DNA of 36,971 nucleotides from a virus (Duplodnaviria; Heunggongvirae; Uroviricota; Caudoviricetes): IMG/VR virus record IMGVR_UViG_2711768012_000020; one strand, 5' to 3'. Shown piece by piece: positions 8,407 to 17,209 of this stretch (position 1 is its first letter; each line of letters starts with the position of its first letter). The notes under the pieces were generated by a model. It saw only the letters and a program-made list of their open reading frames with translations, ran no database searches and was not told where the DNA came from. The position numbers and the translations under genes were made by a program.

Positions 8407-9059
8407 TGAGTAATAAATATTGCCAGGCGCTGGTGGAGCTGCGGAACAAACCAGCCCATGAACTGAAGGAAGTGGGCGATCAGTGGCGCACGCCGGATAA
8501 CATTTTCTGGGGAATTAACACCCTGTTTGGCCCGTTTGTTCTGGATCTGTTCACTGATGGTGATAACGCCAAATGTGCCGCTTATTACACTGCGGAAGAC
8601 AACGCGCTGGCGCATGACTGGTCTGAACGTCTTGCGGAGCTTAAAGGTGCTGCCTTTGGTAATCCCCCGTACAGCCGCGCCAGTCAGCATGAAGGGCAAT
8701 ACATCACCGGCATGCGTTACATCATGAAACATGCCAGTGCCATGCGTGATAAGGGCGGACGCTATGTTTTCCTGATCAAAGCTGCCACCAGCGAAGTGTG
8801 GTGGCCGGAAGATGCAGATCATATTGCTTTTATTCGCGGGCGTATTGGTTTTGAACTGCCTGCCTGGTTTATCCCGAAGGACGAGAAGCAGGTGCCGACA
8901 GGCGCTTTCTTCGCTGGTGCTATTGCTGTTTTCGACAAGACCTGGAAGGGACCGGCAATCAGCTACATCGGGCGCGATGAACTTGAGGCATGTGGTGAGG
9001 CGTTTCTGGCGCAGGTTCGCCAGCAGGCGGAAAAACTGGTCAGGGAGATGGCGGCATGA
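8406..9059 (+). CDS. Phage Dam-like DNA N6-adenine methyltransferase
   Basis: 217 aa from the ATG at 8406 (overlaps upstream stop TAA 8404-8406); motif FGNPPY typical of the phage N6-adenine methyltransferase family. Confidence 0.7.
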   Translation: MSNKYCQALVELRNKPAHELKEVGDQWRTPDNIFWGINTLFGPFVLDLFTDGDNAKCAAYYTAEDNALAHDWSERLAELKGAAFGNPPYSRASQHEGQYITGMRYIMKHASAMRDKGGRYVFLIKAATSEVWWPEDADHIAFIRGRIGFELPAWFIPKDEKQVPTGAFFAGAIAVFDKTWKGPAISYIGRDELEACGEAFLAQVRQQAEKLVREMAA

Positions 9060-9382
9060 CGACGTTAACTCAATGCCAGCAGCAGGTGCTGGATATGCTG
9101 ATTTCTTACCAGAAAGAACGTGGCTTCCCGCCAACCAATCAGGAGGTGGCAACCATGCTGGGATACCGTTCAGTGAATGCAGCGGTGGAACATCTTCGCG
9201 CACTGGAGAAAAAAGGCGTCATCACGATAAAGCGTGGCATGGCCCGGGGTATCACTCTTCATACCGCGGTGAAGGACGACGACAGCGAGGCGGTCGGGAT
9301 TATCCGCTCACTGCTTGCCGGTGAGGAAAACGCCAGGCTGCGTGCAACCCACTGGTTACATGAGAGAGGCCTGAAAGTATGA
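9056..9382 (+). CDS. LexA-like N-terminal DNA-binding-domain protein lacking a peptidase domain
   Basis: 108 aa; LTQCQQQVLDMLISYQKERGFPPTNQEVATMLGYRSVNAAVEHLRALEKKGVITI closely parallels the LexA winged-helix domain ([55 protein letters not shown]); no S24 domain follows; ATGA overlap with the upstream gene. Confidence 0.65.
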   Translation: MTTLTQCQQQVLDMLISYQKERGFPPTNQEVATMLGYRSVNAAVEHLRALEKKGVITIKRGMARGITLHTAVKDDDSEAVGIIRSLLAGEENARLRATHWLHERGLKV

Positions 9383-9768
9383 AGCTGATCCTGCCTTTCC
9401 CGCCCAGCGTGAACACGTACTGGCGACACCCCAACAAAGGGGCATTTGCTGGTAAGAGCCTGATAAGCGCGGCGGGGCGAAAATTTCAGAGCGCGGCGTG
9501 CGCAGCAATAGTTGAGCAGTTACGTCGTCTGCCAAAACCAACGTCGGCACCTGCTTCAGTGGAGATCGTGTTGTTTCCTCCGGATAACCGGATCCGCGAT
9601 CTGGACAACTATAACAAGGCGCTGTTTGACGCCCTGACCCACGCGGGGGTGTGGGAAGACGACAGCCAGGTGAAAAGAATGCTGGTGGAGTGGGGACCGG
9701 TTATCCAGAAAGGGAAGGTCGAGATCACTATCAGTAAGTATGAGAAACCGGCGGGTGCAGCCGCCTGA
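9379..9768 (+). CDS. rusA: RusA-family Holliday junction resolvase
   Basis: 129 aa; PFPPSVNTYWRH and DLDNYNKALFDALT motifs match the RusA pattern; ATGA overlap with the upstream gene. Confidence 0.85.
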   Translation: MKLILPFPPSVNTYWRHPNKGAFAGKSLISAAGRKFQSAACAAIVEQLRRLPKPTSAPASVEIVLFPPDNRIRDLDNYNKALFDALTHAGVWEDDSQVKRMLVEWGPVIQKGKVEITISKYEKPAGAAA

Positions 9769-9787
9769 TCAAGAGGAGAAACGAAGT

Positions 9788-10597
9788 ATGAATAATCTGA
9801 TGGTCATTGATGGTATTGAAGTTCGTCGTGATGCTTATGGGCGTTACAGCCTGAACGATCTGCACAGGGCAGCCGGGGGAGAACAAAAAAACCGCCCGAA
9901 ATACTGGCTCTCCAATAAGCAAACCTGTGAATTGATTGAACAACTTTTCACCGAGGGTGGAATTCCGCCTCTGGAACAAAATCAACCAGTTAGCGTCATT
10001 AATGGCGGAAATAACCAGGGGACGTATGTCTGCAAAGAACTGGTGTATGCCTATGCAATGTGGATCAGCCCGTCATTCCATCTGAAGGTGATCCGTACTT
10101 TCGACATGGTAACCAGCGCACCGGAAAAATTATCCGGACAGGCTGCTGACAAGATGCAGGCTGGCGTGATCCTGCTGGACTTTATGCGCCGGGAATTAAA
10201 TCTGTCTAACTCATCAGTGCTTGGAGCCTGTCAGAAGCTTCAGGAGGCTGTTGGCTTACCGAATCTGGCACCGCGCTATGCCATTGATGCTCCTGCTGAC
10301 GCGCCTGATGGCTCAAGTCGCCCCACGCTGTCGCTGAGTGCACTGCTGAAGCAGTATGGTATCCGCCTGACGGCTAATCAGGCATATCACCAGATGGTGA
10401 AGCTGGGGATCGTTGAACAACGCGAACGATACAGCCGTACCGCGATTAACAACATCAAAAAATTCTGGTCGCTGACGGCGAAAGGCTGCATGTTCGGCAA
10501 GAACATCACCAGTCCTGCAAATCCGCGCGAGACGCAGCCGCATTTCTTCGAATCCCGATTCCCTGAGCTGTTAAAGCTGCTCGATACCGTTCATTGA
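9788..10597 (+). CDS. KilA-N domain protein (antirepressor-like)
   Basis: 270 aa from the ATG at 9788 (track ORF starts at 9740); N-terminal KilA-N-like region (VIDGIEVRRDAYGRYSLNDLHRAAG...KNRPKYWLSNKQTCELIE...YAYAMWISPSFHLKV). Confidence 0.65.
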   Translation: MNNLMVIDGIEVRRDAYGRYSLNDLHRAAGGEQKNRPKYWLSNKQTCELIEQLFTEGGIPPLEQNQPVSVINGGNNQGTYVCKELVYAYAMWISPSFHLKVIRTFDMVTSAPEKLSGQAADKMQAGVILLDFMRRELNLSNSSVLGACQKLQEAVGLPNLAPRYAIDAPADAPDGSSRPTLSLSALLKQYGIRLTANQAYHQMVKLGIVEQRERYSRTAINNIKKFWSLTAKGCMFGKNITSPANPRETQPHFFESRFPELLKLLDTVH

Positions 10598-10604
10598 GGT
10601 GACC

Positions 10605-11594
10605 GTGAGAGCACTACTGACCCCTGAAATTGCCCCGCGTATGGGGATCGTATTGTTCAGGCCAGGTTCAGAGCTGATGCCCCTGTTTATGCAGGGGCGT
10701 GTTCTGCTGGAGCCTGAGCCGGAACGTTATTCATCTTTCGCCAGTGGTGCCGTTCCGGCGGCATCACAACCGCTGGCGGATGATCCTGCCGTTCGGGCCG
10801 TGTTCCGCAATGAGGCAGTGATCCGTCGTGCTGGTGGCGTGGAATGTCTTGAAAGCTGGTTACTTCGTGAAAAAGGCTGCCAGTGGCCTCATTCCGACTG
10901 GCACAGCGAGAACATGACCACAATGCGACACGCTCCGGGCGCAATCCGTCTGTGCTGGCACTGCGATAACCAGCTGCGCGATCAGTTCACGGAACGGCTG
11001 GAATCAATGGCAACGGATAACTGTGCCCGCTGGGTGTTGTCTGTTGTGCGTCGGGATCTCGGTTTTGATGATAGTCACGTTGTGACAATGCCGGAACTGT
11101 GCTGGTGGCTGATTCGTAATGACCTGGCGGATGCCTTACCGGAAAGTGCAGCCCGTAAGGCACTGAGATTACCAAAGCCTGTTGTGCCGTCTGTCACCCG
11201 GGAAAGTGACCTTGTGCCTTCGGTTCCTGCCACCAGCATCATCCAGGATAAGGCAAAAAAGGTGCTGGCGCTGAAAGTGGATCCGGAGTCGCCGGAGTCT
11301 TTTATGTTACGCCCAAAACGCCGCCGCTGGGTTAATGAAAAGTACACGCGCTGGGTTAAGACACAGCCGTGTGCATGTTGTGGAAAGCCTGCTGATGATC
11401 CCCACCACCTGATAGGCCACGGTCAGGGTGGAATGGGTACAAAAGCGCATGACCTCTTTGTGTTGCCTTTGTGCAGAAAGCATCACGACGAGCTGCATGC
11501 GGATACCGTGGCATTTGAAGAGAAGTATGGCTCCCAGCTGGAGCTGATATTTCGTTTTATCGATCGTGCGCTGGCAATTGGCGTATTGGCGTAA
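10605..11594 (+). CDS. DUF968-type protein with C-terminal HNH-like motif
   Basis: About 330 aa; C-terminal CACCGKPADDPHHLIGHG...LPLCRKHHDELH Cys/His arrangement; start uncertain (GTG at 10599 or 10605, or ATG at 10641). Confidence 0.6.
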   Translation: MRALLTPEIAPRMGIVLFRPGSELMPLFMQGRVLLEPEPERYSSFASGAVPAASQPLADDPAVRAVFRNEAVIRRAGGVECLESWLLREKGCQWPHSDWHSENMTTMRHAPGAIRLCWHCDNQLRDQFTERLESMATDNCARWVLSVVRRDLGFDDSHVVTMPELCWWLIRNDLADALPESAARKALRLPKPVVPSVTRESDLVPSVPATSIIQDKAKKVLALKVDPESPESFMLRPKRRRWVNEKYTRWVKTQPCACCGKPADDPHHLIGHGQGGMGTKAHDLFVLPLCRKHHDELHADTVAFEEKYGSQLELIFRFIDRALAIGVLA

Positions 11595-11607
11595 GTGGAG
11601 AACGAGC

Positions 11608-12360
11608 ATGAACCTTGAAGCCTTACCAAAATATTACTCCCCAAAATCTCCAAAATTGAGCGATGACGCACCGGCGACAGGCTCAGGTGGTTTAACGATT
11701 ACGGATGTGATGGCTGCGCAGGGGATGGTGCAGTCGAAAGCACCGCTTGGGTTTGCCTTATTCCTGGCAAAAGTTGGTGTTCAGGATCCTCAATTTGCGA
11801 TTGAAGGTCTGCTCAATTACGCGATGGCACTGGATAACCCGACATTGAACAAATTGAGTGAAGAAACCCGGTTACAGATCATCCCTTACCTTGTGAATTT
11901 TGCCTTTGCTGATTATTCCAGGTCTGCGGCAAGTAAGGCTCGCTGTGAGCATTGTGCTGGTACTGGATTTCATAATGTATTGCGCGAAGTGGTGAAACAC
12001 TCCAGAAGCGGGGAATCTGTTATCAAGGAAGAGTGGGTGAAGGAACTATGTCAGCATTGCCATGGTAAGGGAGAAGTCAGCACAGCGTGCAGAGGGTGTA
12101 AGGGTAAAGGTATTGTCCTGGATGAAAAAAGAACCCGGCTTCATGGTGTGCCTGTTTATAAGATTTGTGGGCGTTGCAATGGCAACCGGTTTAGCCGTTT
12201 ACCAACCACACTGGCGCGGCATCATGTCCAGAAACTGGTACCGGACCTGACGGATTATCAGTGGTACAAAGGATATGCAGACGTTATTAATAAACTGGTT
12301 ACAAAGTGCTGGCAGGAAGAAGCGTATGCTGAATCGCAATTGAGAAAAGTGACAAGATAG
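11608..12360 (+). CDS. Q: Late-gene antiterminator Q
   Basis: 250 aa from the ATG at 11608; Cys-rich zinc-binding region (CEHCAGTG...CQHCHGKG...CRGCKGKG...CGRCNG); located immediately upstream of the late promoter/terminator and lysis module. Confidence 0.8.
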   Translation: MNLEALPKYYSPKSPKLSDDAPATGSGGLTITDVMAAQGMVQSKAPLGFALFLAKVGVQDPQFAIEGLLNYAMALDNPTLNKLSEETRLQIIPYLVNFAFADYSRSAASKARCEHCAGTGFHNVLREVVKHSRSGESVIKEEWVKELCQHCHGKGEVSTACRGCKGKGIVLDEKRTRLHGVPVYKICGRCNGNRFSRLPTTLARHHVQKLVPDLTDYQWYKGYADVINKLVTKCWQEEAYAESQLRKVTR

Positions 12361-12463
12361 ATAATTTTCGCCGAAGATGTCGACGTGATACTTGCATTTT
12401 TCAAAAAATATGGATAAGATTTTCTCAACGATGGGCCTTGTATGTCTACCGTTGGTAAATGTC
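12361..12463 (+). promoter_or_regulatory. Probable late promoter PR' / qut region
   Basis: Position between the Q stop and the first intrinsic terminator; TTGCAT and TATGGATAAGAT promoter-like elements; boundaries approximate. Confidence 0.35.
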
Positions 12464-12490
12464 AAAAACCCGCCGCTGAGCGGGTTTTTT
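12464..12490 (+). terminator. tR'-like intrinsic terminator
   Basis: aaaaacccgc-cgctga-gcgggtttttt immediately downstream of Q. Confidence 0.6.
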
Positions 12491-12648
12491 GTGCCTGATG
12501 TCTCATGAAACTATGAAATGGATTGGTGCGTTAAACATTTTTTCTTATTATCTTTTAGATTTTGGAGAGATGGTTAACGTCTGTATTCCAGAAACTCGAT
12601 GGTTATTTAATAAATTAGTTTCAATGATGCTTCTAGGTTATGACTGTA

Positions 12649-13065
12649 ATGAAAAAGGTATTAATAGCAGCGATAGGTTTTTGTTTAGTTGGTTGTGCAG
12701 GTATGAAATTACCTGAGTATTCGCAAGTTAAAGCAAGTCCGTATTATACAGATTGCCGTGCGTTTGCCATGGATGTTTATAAAAATGATGGATACAGCAA
12801 AATTGCGAAAACTACTATCCTTAGCATGGATGATGTGAAAGCTAGATATATTGTGACAGGGTGTGTAGTTGCTATGGGGAAAAACACTGTAGAGGAAATC
12901 AAAGCTGATCTCTCTGCTAAAGGGAGTTCTTTTGGGCTTATCAGTGGAGCTTGTTCTAGTGCGGCATGTCGGGTTGATGTAGAGCAGCAAATGAACGCTT
13001 ATGTACTTGGTAGTTATTATGCTGCAAATAAAAAATTCCCGGATAAAATGAAAGCAGAGTTTTAA
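12649..13065 (+). CDS. Lipoprotein moron (candidate surface/superinfection-exclusion lipoprotein)
   Basis: Signal peptide with lipobox (MKKVLIAAIGFCLVGCAG); AT-rich gene between Q and the lysis genes; flanked by two near-identical terminators. Confidence 0.65.
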   Translation: MKKVLIAAIGFCLVGCAGMKLPEYSQVKASPYYTDCRAFAMDVYKNDGYSKIAKTTILSMDDVKARYIVTGCVVAMGKNTVEEIKADLSAKGSSFGLISGACSSAACRVDVEQQMNAYVLGSYYAANKKFPDKMKAEF

Positions 13066-13142
13066 GCAAACCTTGTTTTCGATTATATGTCGAAGATAAA
13101 TGTTAGTAACGGCATAATAAGTAAATATATAGCTGTGATAGC

Positions 13143-13166
13143 AACCCGCCACTGAGCGGGTTTTTT
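13143..13166 (+). terminator. Second copy of the tR'-like terminator
   Basis: aacccgcc-actga-gcgggtttttt, near-identical to the core at 12464-12490 apart from one or two substitutions. Confidence 0.6.
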
Positions 13167-13288
13167 GTACCCGTAAACTTGGTGCAGTACAGTAAACACG
13201 CTGGTGGTCGTGAATACTGACTTTTTATCTTGCTGGCTTTTTAGACAAGAGTTATTGGTATGTCATGTTAACCAGAAGGGAAAAAGAC

Positions 13289-13492
13289 ATGCTAAAACAG
13301 CAAGATATGACAGAAACCGCCGCCGCAGTCCTTCATTTCTTACCTGCTGACAAGTGGGTAACGCCACGCATGATGACGAGAACTACCGGAGTAAGCGAAG
13401 CCCGGTGCCAGTTAATACTGACTCAGTTAGTTCTGGCGGGTCTGGCGAAGGATAACGGCGGGTACGGGAATAAATTCAGACGCTGCCAGTAA
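13289..13492 (+). CDS. Small HTH-like protein (67 aa) upstream of a DNA methyltransferase
   Basis: ATG at 13289 with AAGGGA RBS; putative HTH VTPRMMTRTTGVSEARCQLILTQLVLAGLA; function unknown. Confidence 0.4.
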   Translation: MLKQQDMTETAAAVLHFLPADKWVTPRMMTRTTGVSEARCQLILTQLVLAGLAKDNGGYGNKFRRCQ

Positions 13493-13642
13493 TGGCGGTT
13501 TCCTGCTGTGAAAATGGGCGGCTGGTGGGTGTTGGTAGCACCTGCCAGCCATTCGCTCATGCTTACTGGTCACAAGCGAACCACGGCCCACTGCTTTAGC
13601 GCAAAAGCAGAGTGAGCCTACCAGAGTTACGCTTACTGATCC

Positions 13643-14695
13643 ATGAAAAATACTGTAAAAATAAACAGTGTTGATTTAATCAACGCTGATTGCCTGCATT
13701 TTATTCAGTCCCTGCCTGATGATTCCATTGACCTGATTGTTACCGATCCGCCTTACTTCAAGGTGAAACCCAACGGTTGGGACAATCAGTGGAAAGGGGA
13801 CGAAGATTACCTTAAGTGGCTGGACCACTGTCTGGCCCAGTTCTGGCGGGTGTTGAAACCTGCCGGAAGCCTTTACCTGTTCTGTGGGCATCGCCTGGCA
13901 TCTGATATTGAGATCATGATGCGTGAACGTTTCAACGTGCTTAACCATATCATCTGGGCGAAGCCGTCCGGACGTTGGAATGGGTGTAATAAAGAAAGTC
14001 TGCGCGCATATTTTCCTGCCACAGAGCGCGTTCTGTTTGCTGAACATTACCAGGGGCCATATCGCGGCAAAAGTGACGGCTATGCGGCAAAAGAAAGGGA
14101 ACTCAAACAGCACATAATGGCACCGCTGATATCGTATTTCAGGGATGCTCGTGCCGAACTGGGTATAACGGCAAAACAAATTGCCGAAGCCACAGGTAAG
14201 AAAAATATGGTTTCCCACTGGTTTGGTGCCAGTCAGTGGCAGTTGCCGAATGAGGCTGACTATCGGAAGTTACAGGCACTGTTTTCCCGTATAGCGGCAG
14301 AGAAGTTTCAGGAACAACAACTGGAACAACCACACCACCAGCTGGTGGCATCTTATGATTCACTGAATCGTAAATATTCTGAATTGCTGGATGAGTTTAA
14401 ATCTCTCCGGCGCTATTTCTCCGTATCAGTCTCCGTGCCTTATACCGATGTCTGGATGCATAAACCCGTTCAGTTCTACCCGGGGAAACATCCGTGTGAG
14501 AAACCGGCGGATATGCTCAGGCAAATAATCAATGCCAGTAGTCGACCAGGTGATCTGGTTGCTGATTTTTTTATGGGATCCGGTTCCACAATAAAAGCAG
14601 CAATGGCGCTGGGGCGTCGGGCCTTAGGTGTTGAGCTTGAGTCAGAGCGGTTTAATCAGACAGTGAAAGAGATAAACGAGCTGGTGGGGAAATAA
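13643..14695 (+). CDS. DNA methyltransferase, DPPY motif (likely N6-adenine, beta-class order)
   Basis: 350 aa; catalytic motif IVTDPPYF near the N-terminus and AdoMet-binding FxGxG (DFFMGSGST) near the C-terminus; no adjacent restriction endonuclease gene is apparent. Confidence 0.8.
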
Positions 14696-14701
14696 TCTGG
14701 T

Positions 14702-14725
14702 GGCCACGTCAGGTGGCCTTTTTAT
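14702..14725 (+). terminator. Hairpin plus T-run downstream of the methyltransferase gene
   Basis: ggccac-gtcag-gtggcc followed by TTTTTA. Confidence 0.4.
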
Positions 14726-14762
14726 TTCCATTACACAGCACCCGCATCTGCGAGGTGGGGTT

Positions 14763-14978
14763 ATGAAATCCATGGATAAGTTAACAACGGGTGTCGCCTA
14801 TGGCACCTCAGCAGGTAGTGCCGGGTACTGGTTTTTACAGTTGCTCGATAAAGTCACGCCCTCACAGTGGGCGGCAATAGGTGTGCTGGGTAGTCTGGTA
14901 TTTGGCTTGCTGACGTATCTGACAAACCTTTATTTCAAGATTAAAGAAGACAAGCGTAAGGCTGCACGGGGAGAGTAA
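14763..14978 (+). CDS. S: Phage-21-type pinholin (class II holin)
   Basis: 71 aa; [26 protein letters not shown]...[30 protein letters not shown] nearly matches the S21 pinholin as recalled, including the dual-start MKSM motif. Confidence 0.85.
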
Positions 14979-14982
14979 TTCA

Positions 14983-15333
14983 ATGACTCAAAACTATGAA
15001 CTGATTGTGAAAGGGATCCGCAATTTTGAGAATAAAGTTACGGTAACTTTAGCGTTACGGGACAAAAAACGCTTTGACGGTGAAATTTTTGACCTGGACA
15101 TCTCGCTGGACCGTGTTGAAGGTGCCGCGCTGGAGTTTTATGAGGCAGCAGCCAGAAGGAGCATCAGACAGGTCTTCCTGGATGTTGCTGCCGGGTTATG
15201 TGAAGGGGATGAGCAGTCGCCGGAAAAGCGCCCCGTAATTTTAGATGCGCAGAATGTTTGGATAACCTACAAAGGAAAGCTACCAGGAAGAATTACTGGT
15301 TCTCTGAAGACTCCTCCGGAATCACAACCTTAA
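14983..15333 (+). CDS. Hypothetical protein inserted between holin and endolysin
   Basis: 116-aa ORF with an ATG 4 nt after the holin stop; hydrophilic, no signal peptide or TM helix visible; no family recognised. Confidence 0.5.
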   Translation: MTQNYELIVKGIRNFENKVTVTLALRDKKRFDGEIFDLDISLDRVEGAALEFYEAAARRSIRQVFLDVAAGLCEGDEQSPEKRPVILDAQNVWITYKGKLPGRITGSLKTPPESQP

Positions 15334-15396
15334 GTCACTGACCGGAACAGATAAACCTGTCCGTGGGCAGAAACCGATAAATCCTGATAAATATCC

Positions 15397-15930
15397 ATGA
15401 ACGCAAAAATCAGATACGGCCTGTCGGCTGCCGTTCTGGCACTGATTGCCGTCGGTGCGCCCGCGCCTGATATTCTCGACCAGTTTCTGGATGAAAAAGA
15501 AGGTAACCACACAACGGCATACCGCGATGGGTCCGGCATCTGGACCATCTGTCGGGGTGCCACGATGGTGGATGGAAAACCCGTTTTTCCCGGTATGAAA
15601 CTGTCGAAGGAAAAATGCGACCAGGTCAACGCCATTGAGCGTGATAAGGCGCTGGCATGGGTGGAGCGCAATATTAAAGTACCACTGACCGAGCCACAAA
15701 AAGCGGGTATCGCGTCATTTTGTCCCTATAACATTGGCCCCGGTAAGTGTTTTCCGTCGACGTTTTATAAGCGGCTGAATGCTGGTGATCGTAAAGGTGC
15801 ATGCGAGGCGATTCGCTGGTGGATAAAAGATGGTGGGCGCGATTGCCGCATACGTTCAAATAACTGCTATGGACAGGTTATTCGTCGTGACCAGGAAAGC
15901 GCATTAGCCTGTTGGGGGATAGATCAGTGA
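15397..15930 (+). CDS. R: SAR endolysin (T4-lysozyme-type muramidase with N-terminal signal-anchor-release domain)
   Basis: 177 aa; N-terminal weakly hydrophobic Gly/Ala-rich SAR segment ([18 protein letters not shown]) followed by the lysozyme catalytic region ([20 protein letters not shown]); pairs with the pinholin. Confidence 0.85.
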   Translation: MNAKIRYGLSAAVLALIAVGAPAPDILDQFLDEKEGNHTTAYRDGSGIWTICRGATMVDGKPVFPGMKLSKEKCDQVNAIERDKALAWVERNIKVPLTEPQKAGIASFCPYNIGPGKCFPSTFYKRLNAGDRKGACEAIRWWIKDGGRDCRIRSNNCYGQVIRRDQESALACWGIDQ

Positions 15931-16394
15931 GCAGAGTCGCCGCGATTATTTATGCTCTGGTTATCTGCATCATCGTCTGCCTGTCGTGGGCGGTCAATCA
16001 TTACCGTGATAACGCCATCGCCTACAAAGAACAGCGTGATAAAAAAGTCAGTGAGCTGAAGCAGGCGACCGCCACCATTACTGACATGCAGCAACGCCAG
16101 CGTGCTGCTGATGTACTCGATGCTAAATACACGAAGGAGTTGGCTGATGCGAAAGCTGAAAATGATGCTCTTCGGCGCAAGCTTGATAATGGTGGTCGGG
16201 TGCTCGTCAAAGGAAAATGCCCTGTGCCATCCTCAGCCGAAACCTCCAGCGCCTCCGGCATGGGCAATGATGCCACCGTCGAACTCTCTCCAGTTGCTGG
16301 ACGAAACGTTCTCGGTATCCGGGACGGAATCATCAGAGACCAGACAGCACTGAGAACGCTTCAGGAATATATCAGGACGCAATGCCTTCGATGA
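15927..16394 (+). CDS. Rz: Rz i-spanin
   Basis: GTG start at 15927 overlapping the endolysin stop; N-terminal TM helix then coiled-coil-like region; contains the embedded Rz1 in the +1 frame. Confidence 0.75.
   Translation: MSRVAAIIYALVICIIVCLSWAVNHYRDNAIAYKEQRDKKVSELKQATATITDMQQRQRAADVLDAKYTKELADAKAENDALRRKLDNGGRVLVKGKCPVPSSAETSSASGMGNDATVELSPVAGRNVLGIRDGIIRDQTALRTLQEYIRTQCLR
16147..16353 (+). CDS. Rz1: Rz1 o-spanin lipoprotein (embedded in Rz)
   Basis: 68 aa; lipobox (LIMVVGCSS) followed by a Pro-rich segment ([11 protein letters not shown]); entirely inside Rz in a different frame. Confidence 0.75.
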   Translation: MRKLKMMLFGASLIMVVGCSSKENALCHPQPKPPAPPAWAMMPPSNSLQLLDETFSVSGTESSETRQH

Positions 16395-16567
16395 TAGCGA
16401 TAATTTTACTCATCATCCTTCACATTTGGCTCTGTAGACAGGGTGGTGATCACTTCTGGAGTGAATCCAGATTAAACATCTCATTGCTGATGCTTGAAGT
16501 TGAGCATCTGGCGCGCGGTAAGGGGCTGCGTTGAAATAAGAGCCAGTCATTAAAAATACCTGGATTT

Positions 16568-16591
16568 AGCCTCGCATTCGCGGGGCTTTTT
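16568..16591 (+). terminator. Intrinsic terminator after the lysis cassette
   Basis: gcctcgc-attc-gcggggc hairpin plus TTTTT. Confidence 0.5.
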
Positions 16592-17019
16592 ATTGCCATT
16601 ACAAAAGCCACTCCCTACAGAGTGGCTTTGATAATGGCTTATACCCTACACGGGATAACTTAACTGATATCCCTTTTAACGGATAAAGGTATTCAAGCCT
16701 GACACATCATGCGCTGTATCGTCGCCGTATTCCCGTATTAACAGAGACCGTAGCCCGACGGGGAACTCCTTCTGCGAGAGTGTGCGGGAATAATCAAAAA
16801 CGATGCACACCGGGTTTTTACCGCGTTTATGGTTCGCGGGTTTGTCCCTCATGCTCGCCAGTCCTGTGCGGGGGTGGAAGAAACAGGATACTCACACAGA
16901 TTCTTGTGGGCACGATGCTATTCCTTTCTGGATTATCCCGATGCCATTCATGCAAGGCGCTGTATCAGACGTTCGTCATGTCTGTCAGGCTGACGGGTCC
17001 TCCCGGTGGAGTGGCCTGC

Positions 17020-17110
17020 CACGGGGCGGGAGCGTCGCGGAAAAAGGCTAGTTTTTGAAATTTCATTCGTCATCACCACCACTGTAATAGATTGATATTA
17101 CAGTGGTTTT
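17020..17110. other. Putative cos site region (cosN-like sequence and adjacent inverted repeat)
   Basis: ACGGGGCGGGAGCGTCGCGG at about 17031-17050 resembles the lambda cosN context (ACGGGGCGGCGACCTCGCGGG, from memory); perfect 9-bp inverted repeat cactgtaat...attacagtg at about 17081-17106; lies just upstream of the small terminase gene. Confidence 0.4.
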
Positions 17111-17209
17111 GTTTTTATGGTGTCGATTTTGATTGTTTTTTGTTCATCACTAACACCGTTTGCCTAAAGTTGTTCGCGAGATGCATGTTTAAAACATTCT
17201 GGAGCGGGT

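Noticed and set aside
13500-13642. Possible tRNA gene downstream of Q, as in Stx phages
   Set aside because: No cloverleaf-compatible acceptor/T-arm pattern or conserved GTTC box could be recognised by eye; treated as an untranslated leader with a hairpin.
16780-17058. ORFs 16780-17058 and 16803-17051 upstream of terminase
   Set aside because: Cys/Gly/Arg-rich translations typical of GC-rich non-coding DNA; the region is better explained as the cos/packaging region.
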